A stretch of DNA of 64,000 nt from IMG/VR virus record IMGVR_UViG_3300045988_159113; one strand, 5' to 3'. This DNA is from a virus. Positions 60,101 to 64,000 of the stretch are shown here, one piece after another (within the stretch, counting starts at the first letter, position 1; each line of letters starts with the position of its first letter). Made by a program: the position numbers and the translations under genes. The notes below the pieces were generated by a model. It worked only from the letters and a program-made list of their open reading frames with translations, did not search any database and was not told the DNA's origin.

Positions 60101-60319
60101 ATGAATAAGATCAAAAAGGCCATCAGGAGCCTTAATCCTGTTATTCGCACCGCCATAATTTTGGTGGTAGCGTTTATTGCCGCTATGCTTAGTGGCTTCT
60201 TCTTTGGGCACTATCTAGGTAACTCGTCGCCCATCAACTTCTTTGTATTGGTTGTATTTGCAACCTTTGTAATAGTTGGTGTTTATGTTCACCTTATTGA
60301 AGATAGCGATGATGAGTAA
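60101..60319 (+). CDS. Small membrane protein (72 aa)
   Basis: Track ORF with two hydrophobic segments and an acidic tail. Confidence 0.6.
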   Translation: MNKIKKAIRSLNPVIRTAIILVVAFIAAMLSGFFFGHYLGNSSPINFFVLVVFATFVIVGVYVHLIEDSDDE

Positions 60320-60500
60320 AACATACCAAGCCCTGATCAAAATGATCATCGAGGGCAAGACTGGCGAGGAGTATAAAAAGCTACTCGCTGGTTTAGATGA
60401 GAGCGAGAGAAAAGAGATAAAGGAGTATGAGAAGAAGTTCAAGGAGACTAAACTTGCACAAAAGGCTGCCGAGAATTTCTTTAATGTATTCGGAGTATAA
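60309..60500 (+). CDS. Small Lys/Glu-rich protein (63 aa)
   Basis: First ATG of ORF 60276-60500. It overlaps the previous stop. Confidence 0.5.
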   Translation: MMSKTYQALIKMIIEGKTGEEYKKLLAGLDESERKEIKEYEKKFKETKLAQKAAENFFNVFGV

Positions 60501-60513
60501 AAAAGATAGAGAT

Positions 60514-60750
60514 ATGAAAAGTAAGATAATAACCTGGTGGCATCAGTGTGGTGCCTTCATTACCATCCTGCTTGCTTACGCCGTAGCAACAGGGTCTGCG
60601 ATATACGGCGTAGAGATAGCCAGAAAGTACAATGATATCTTCTGGTTGGTGTTCGCCATTATGGTTGGGCTCTTGATTTCCCTGTTTATAGGGATTGTAT
60701 ACCAAGAGTTCACTATTGAGGAACTTTTAAAGGATGATGACAATGACTAA
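60514..60750 (+). CDS. Small membrane protein (78 aa)
   Basis: Internal ATG (MKSKIITWWHQCGAF) of ORF 60427-60750. Two TM segments and an acidic tail. Confidence 0.55.
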   Translation: MKSKIITWWHQCGAFITILLAYAVATGSAIYGVEIARKYNDIFWLVFAIMVGLLISLFIGIVYQEFTIEELLKDDDND

Positions 60751-61096
60751 TAAGGAAATAGCCGACCGTATCAATTCGGCGATGCTCCCAGACGTGGAGT
60801 TGTCTCCGAGTTCTTTTCGGGCTACACTCATTGAGTGTGGCCTGAAATATAGCAACATGACCGCGTACATTATCCGCCAGTGTTCAACTTGTTTTGAGGA
60901 AAGACAGGTCGGAAATAACAACAAGCGGATTCGTCGAGTTCGACCTGTGACAGCTGAGGTCATCAAGAAAACCTACGAGCTGAAATCATGTCACCGTACA
61001 AAAGCGGTGAAACTTGAAGAAAAGGAGCTTCTCGAAGATCAGCGAGCAATCGCTCGTTTGAAAAAGAGAGGCTATCTCGTTTTTAAACAACTTTGA
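60734..61096 (+). CDS. Basic protein (120 aa), possibly DNA-binding
   Basis: Track ORF with a TGA stop. Confidence 0.55.
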   Translation: MMTMTNKEIADRINSAMLPDVELSPSSFRATLIECGLKYSNMTAYIIRQCSTCFEERQVGNNNKRIRRVRPVTAEVIKKTYELKSCHRTKAVKLEEKELLEDQRAIARLKKRGYLVFKQL

Positions 61097-61134
61097 CACT
61101 TTGTCGTTTTTAGTTATATTTTGTTGAAAGGATA

Positions 61135-61210
61135 CCTACACGGTTCGTGAGAATAGTGTGGGTTTATTCTATGCTGTATGGAGTAAGTGGTTCGAATCTA
61201 CACATAGGAA
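61135..61210 (+). ncRNA. Hairpin plus tRNA-like minihelix element, copy E1
   Basis: The hairpin is CCTACAC GG TTC-GTGA-GAA TA GTGTGGG. The minihelix is TTCTATG ..12 nt.. AGTGG-TTCGAAT-CTACA CATAGGA A, followed by CAAG. Confidence 0.65.
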
Positions 61211-61264
61211 CAAGATTTGCAAGCATACGATTATTCATTATTTGATCTTTTTTTATTGGGATGT

Positions 61265-61294
61265 TGTGGCATCACTCGTGAGAGCCATGCCACA
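61265..61294 (+). ncRNA. Solo GUGA-capped hairpin of the same family (no minihelix)
   Basis: TGTGGCAT CA CTC-GTGA-GAG CC ATGCCACA. Confidence 0.5.
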
Positions 61295-61315
61295 TATGTG
61301 TTTTTCATGGTTGTA

Positions 61316-61383
61316 TTGATACCGTCCGTGAGGATAGTATCAATTTTTTTACCTTGCGCAGGGTTCGACTCCCTACGCAAGGA
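61316..61383 (+). ncRNA. Hairpin plus tRNA-like minihelix element, copy E2
   Basis: The hairpin is TTGATAC CG TCC-GTGA-GGA TA GTATCAA, followed by T7. The minihelix is CCTTGCG C AGGG-TTCGACT-CCCT A CGCAAGG A, followed by CAAG. Confidence 0.65.
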
Positions 61384-61426
61384 CAAGATTTTGTTCTTGT
61401 TGATTCATAATTGTGAATGTATTGTC

Positions 61427-61496
61427 TCAACGCAGTCCGTGAGGATAGCGTTGATTTCCATAATGGTTTTTCGAGGTTCGATTCCTCGTAATGGAA
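61427..61496 (+). ncRNA. Hairpin plus tRNA-like minihelix element, copy E3
   Basis: The hairpin is TCAACGC AG TCC-GTGA-GGA TA GCGTTGA. The minihelix is TCCATAA ..8 nt.. CGAGG-TTCGATT-CCTCG TAATGGA A, followed by CACG and T6. Confidence 0.65.
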
Positions 61497-61526
61497 CACG
61501 TTTTTTACTTCTTTTTTAGACAGTTC

Positions 61527-61598
61527 CCAATGTGGTTCGTGAGAATAGCATTGGTTTTCCATAATGGTTTTTGTAGGGTTCGATTCCCTATAATGGAA
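61527..61598 (+). ncRNA. Hairpin plus tRNA-like minihelix element, copy E4
   Basis: The hairpin is CCAATGT GG TTC-GTGA-GAA TA GCATTGG. The minihelix is TCCATAA ..9 nt.. TAGGG-TTCGATT-CCCTA TAATGGA A, followed by CAAG. It lies exactly 100 nt after E3. Confidence 0.65.
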
Positions 61599-61609
61599 CA
61601 AGTGTTTTT

Positions 61610-61648
61610 CATGTTTCTTCCCCTACCTTGTTGCGTAATGCAACAGGT
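61610..61648 (+). terminator. Intrinsic terminator closing the RNA cluster
   Basis: CCCCTACCTTGTTGC-gtaat-GCAACAGGTGGGG followed by TTTTG. Confidence 0.55.
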
Positions 61649-61687
61649 GGGGGTTTTGTATTGATCACTAAACAAAACAAAGATAAA

Positions 61688-62116
61688 ATGGCTAAGATTA
61701 TTAACACAAAAGTCAGCGAAAAGGCTGACTTTAAAATAGAGGATGGCGTGATACGCGACTCTTCTATTAGCGACTGGTCAAAGGTGCATATCCACGACAT
61801 GAGTGAATTGAAAAATGTAAAGATTTATGGAGATGTTGATATAAAGCATTCGACTATTGAGAGTTGCGAACTCATCAACTGCTCCGTGAAAAACTCAACA
61901 ATTCGCAATATCGATATCAATAATGATTATTGTGTTGAGACTATCACGGACAATGAGATCTACATTCCAGCTGGATTTTTCAACTGTGAAGTTATCATAA
62001 ATGAAAAACTTGTAACTGCAAAGTTCCATATATATTCTGGTGTGTGGGCTTTCAGCAAGCACAACTTCCTTGATTTCATCAAGGACTACTACAAACTACA
62101 AGGAGGTGCTCATTGA
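61688..62116 (+). CDS. Hexapeptide-repeat (beta-helix-like) protein, paralog of 59319-59699
   Basis: First ATG (MAKIINTKVSEK) of ORF 61628-62116. It contains STIESCELINCSVKNSTIRNIDINN and ends in TGA. Confidence 0.6.
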   Translation: MAKIINTKVSEKADFKIEDGVIRDSSISDWSKVHIHDMSELKNVKIYGDVDIKHSTIESCELINCSVKNSTIRNIDINNDYCVETITDNEIYIPAGFFNCEVIINEKLVTAKFHIYSGVWAFSKHNFLDFIKDYYKLQGGAH

Positions 62117-62140
62117 GCGCCTCCTAAAAACAAAGAAGAG

Positions 62141-62803
62141 ATGAAAGAGGGATATTTTATTTATAACCCATCCACGATTCTAAAAGGAACAATCGAAGAA
62201 AAGGTGTTCCGGATAGAAGCGGGAAACACCAATGTGTGCTGTGGTCATATACTAGTCAATCCGCGATTTATAAGTAGCATGTATTATAGATATTATTATA
62301 TAATGTCTGTAAAATGCAACTATAAAGGTCTCAGTTTTCGTAGATCATTTTGTAGACCGGTTGAAGAGGTTTATGATAATCTAGATGATTTGATGTCTGA
62401 AAATCTAAACAAGAAGCCTAATCTGAAATGTATAGATGAGTATTGGGTGAAGAAGGCGGTAAAAAAGGCCAATCTTCAGAAAGATGGCTTCACACTGAAC
62501 CAAAACTCTAATATTGTGCCTGTCCACATGGATATGCCTATCATTAAATATGAACCTGTACTTGTAGATATCGCAACTCCAGGAGACATTTGCAAAAATA
62601 TAATAACAGTTTACCGTGGCAACTACAAAGTTGAGGGATTGTATGTAACTGATGATTTCGAAGAGCAGGCTAAATATAGAGCCCAGAGTGTATTTTTCCC
62701 ATCTTATGGTTTTATAGGCCAGGAAAAGGTGTTCTTTACAATTGAAGATGCTATAGAGGCAAAGAAAAAGCGTTTTAAGGTTAAGGATGTTTTAGAACTT
62801 TAA
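62141..62803 (+). CDS. Hypothetical protein (220 aa)
   Basis: Intact track ORF with an A-rich leader and a TAA stop. Confidence 0.65.
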   Translation: MKEGYFIYNPSTILKGTIEEKVFRIEAGNTNVCCGHILVNPRFISSMYYRYYYIMSVKCNYKGLSFRRSFCRPVEEVYDNLDDLMSENLNKKPNLKCIDEYWVKKAVKKANLQKDGFTLNQNSNIVPVHMDMPIIKYEPVLVDIATPGDICKNIITVYRGNYKVEGLYVTDDFEEQAKYRAQSVFFPSYGFIGQEKVFFTIEDAIEAKKKRFKVKDVLEL

Positions 62804-62850
62804 CAAGAGCTCTTGATGAGTTTTTGGAGAAGTACTGGAAGTGAAAAATT

Positions 62851-62926
62851 TGGTAGGGGTGTGTAACATTTTTGGTAGGGGTATGTGAAAAATTTGGTAG
62901 GGGTACCGGCAAAAAGTGGTAGGGGT
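62851..62926. repeat. Four direct TGGTAGGGGT repeats at exactly 22-bp spacing (iteron-like)
   Basis: Copies lie at 62851, 62873, 62895 and 62917. Each is preceded by an A/T tract. The array lies between convergent genes, next to the 3' end of 62951-63730. Confidence 0.7.
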
Positions 62927-62950
62927 TCATCCTGCCACTTTTTGCTTTTA

Positions 62951-63730
62951 TCACAATAACACATTCGCGAAGTCCTGGTTTTGCCGAATACCGTTCTCGT
63001 TATTGAGGTAATCTTTATTGATAGCCTTTCTGAGCAACGCATTCTCGCGAACTAGGGCTTCGTATTGTTCACGCATCTTACGGATAACGTCTTGATTTTG
63101 AGCTTTGATTTCCAAAAGCTGCTTCTTCAAATCTTCGATATCCTCCGTGTTCTTCTCTATCTGCTCTTCATGCTTTTTGAGCAAGAATACGATAGCCTGA
63201 CCGTAAGCTCTAATGTCATATACTTTTAAAGGTCTACGATCTCCTCCGTATTCAACATAATCTGGCACAGATTGATTGACACACGTGAGGTAGCCTTTAT
63301 TACGCAATGATGTGTTGTAAGAAGCAATGCTACGCCTTGACAATCCTATGTGGTCTGCAAGCTCTTTGTCTGTCATAGATATCTTGCCTGTCTGGCCATC
63401 ATCAAGACGCATGTATTGCTGTATCATTGCAAGATAACCCTTTTCCTCTATACTGAGATTTGGGTTATCCAAAAAGTCATCACTAAACCCCTGAAATGTC
63501 TTGTACTCGTTAAAGTGGTAAATGTTGCGATTATTGCGGCCTTTCGAGATTGCAATATATCCCGCCTTTTCCAAACGATCTACAGCTTCCAGTATGTACT
63601 TGCGGCTTAGGTGTAACTTTTCAGCGATAGTAGCAATTGATACAAACGTCTCGTGAGTTTCCCAGTTCTCATATCTCCTAAGTGTCAGATAGACCACCAC
63701 ATCCTTTGGTTTTATGATATTCGTAAGCAT
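62951..63730 (-). CDS. Double winged-helix protein with a C-terminal coiled coil (replication-initiator- or regulator-like)
   Basis: Intact 259-aa ORF with two wHTH-like segments (SIATIAEKLHLSRKYILEAVDRLEKAGYI and DKELADHIGLSRRSIASYNTSLRNKGYL). It is flanked by repeat arrays on both sides. Confidence 0.55.
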   Translation of the reverse strand: MLTNIIKPKDVVVYLTLRRYENWETHETFVSIATIAEKLHLSRKYILEAVDRLEKAGYIAISKGRNNRNIYHFNEYKTFQGFSDDFLDNPNLSIEEKGYLAMIQQYMRLDDGQTGKISMTDKELADHIGLSRRSIASYNTSLRNKGYLTCVNQSVPDYVEYGGDRRPLKVYDIRAYGQAIVFLLKKHEEQIEKNTEDIEDLKKQLLEIKAQNQDVIRKMREQYEALVRENALLRKAINKDYLNNENGIRQNQDFANVLL

Positions 63731-63852
63731 ACTTGTTGGTAACTAAACATGTTTTAAATTCTCGTCCATAATAATACAATTTTTATTAATAATGTTAGAA
63801 TCTTTAACAATATTAGTATTTTTTGTTTTATTAATGAATGCAAGAATTTATA

Positions 63853-63938
63853 GGGGGTGTGCAGAAACAGAAACGCAGGTGTGCAAAAATGTGCAGGGGG
63901 GTGTGCAGAAATAGAAACGCCGGTGTGCAAAAATGTTA
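63853..63938. repeat. Two tandem ~43-bp repeats, each containing GGTGTGCA twice
   Basis: GGGGGTGTGCAGAAACAGAAACGCAGGTGTGCAAAAATGT and GGGGGGTGTGCAGAAATAGAAACGCCGGTGTGCAAAAATGT lie upstream of 62951-63730. Confidence 0.65.
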
Positions 63939-64000
63939 CCCTAACGTATAAGAATTCCATATTAACGTATATTTAATCTCGCGCACCCTCTCTTGCGATC

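Noticed and set aside
61094-61125. A sigma-70-like promoter TTGACA-N16-TATATT upstream of RNA cluster 2
   Set aside because: This is a single occurrence with E. coli-type consensus in a genome whose other signals look Bacteroidota-like. It cannot be supported without transcription start site data.
58973-61554. The GUGA hairpin could be a sarcin-ricin-loop mimic (AGUCCGUGAGGAUAG against AGUACGAGAGGACCG)
   Set aside because: The flanks of the tetraloop covary as plain Watson-Crick pairs (UCU/AGA, UUC/GAA, UCC/GGA). That is incompatible with the bulged-G/sheared-pair SRL motif. The similarity is probably superficial.
58885-61598. The TTCGAAT-containing elements could be ordinary tRNA genes or a tRNA gene cluster
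   Set aside because: Only 0-12 nt separate the acceptor 5' strand from the T-arm. There is no room for D or anticodon arms, and no anticodon can be assigned. The only complete cloverleaf in the window is at 47046-47121.
61217-61601. Track ORFs 61217-61519 (+) and 61305-61601 (-) as protein-coding genes
   Set aside because: Their internally repetitive peptides simply mirror the tandem RNA elements. They lack the A-rich leaders of neighbouring genes. The compensatory substitutions fit RNA helices rather than codons.
1-64000. TGA could also be reassigned (for example to Trp)
   Set aside because: TGA closes many genes exactly where the next gene starts (ATGA overlaps at 19587, 30987, 34824, 41515, 46564 and 49707; also 15132, 29825, 37596, 43608). 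It never needs to be read through to join same-frame fragments.

Overview
This window is a segment of a large, AT-rich tailed-phage genome. Its layout resembles a crAss-like (Crassvirales-type) phage of a Bacteroidota-like host. That assignment is inference from gene order (small terminase candidate, TerL, portal, then later scaffold and capsid), A-rich leaders without Shine-Dalgarno sites, a BspA-type LRR protein and many group I introns; no homology search was possible. Three things dominate.

1. Positions 1-54021 (both orientations) are late, structural and lysis DNA in which TAG is not a stop. About 180 in-frame TAGs (hand count) join the fragmented ORFs of the supplied track into about 60 long genes. 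Only TAA and TGA terminate. Paralogous repeats show CAG/TAG equivalence (Gln). A cloverleaf tRNA with anticodon CUA lies at 47046-47121 (-).

2. The putative major capsid gene (4813-12437, -) is split by 11 group I introns, four of which carry GIY-YIG homing-endonuclease ORFs. TerL carries one more intervening sequence.

3. Positions 54.1-63.7 kb are essentially TAG-free and readable in the standard code. This block holds small gene cassettes, each with its own terminator and a repeated AAAACGTCAAAATAGTC motif. It also holds two clusters of a repeated structured RNA (a GUGA-capped hairpin plus a tRNA acceptor/T-arm minihelix), each followed by a hexapeptide-repeat paralog. It ends with an initiator-like winged-helix gene flanked by iterons.

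Coordinates read by eye are good to a few nt. Functional calls rest on recognisable motifs only.
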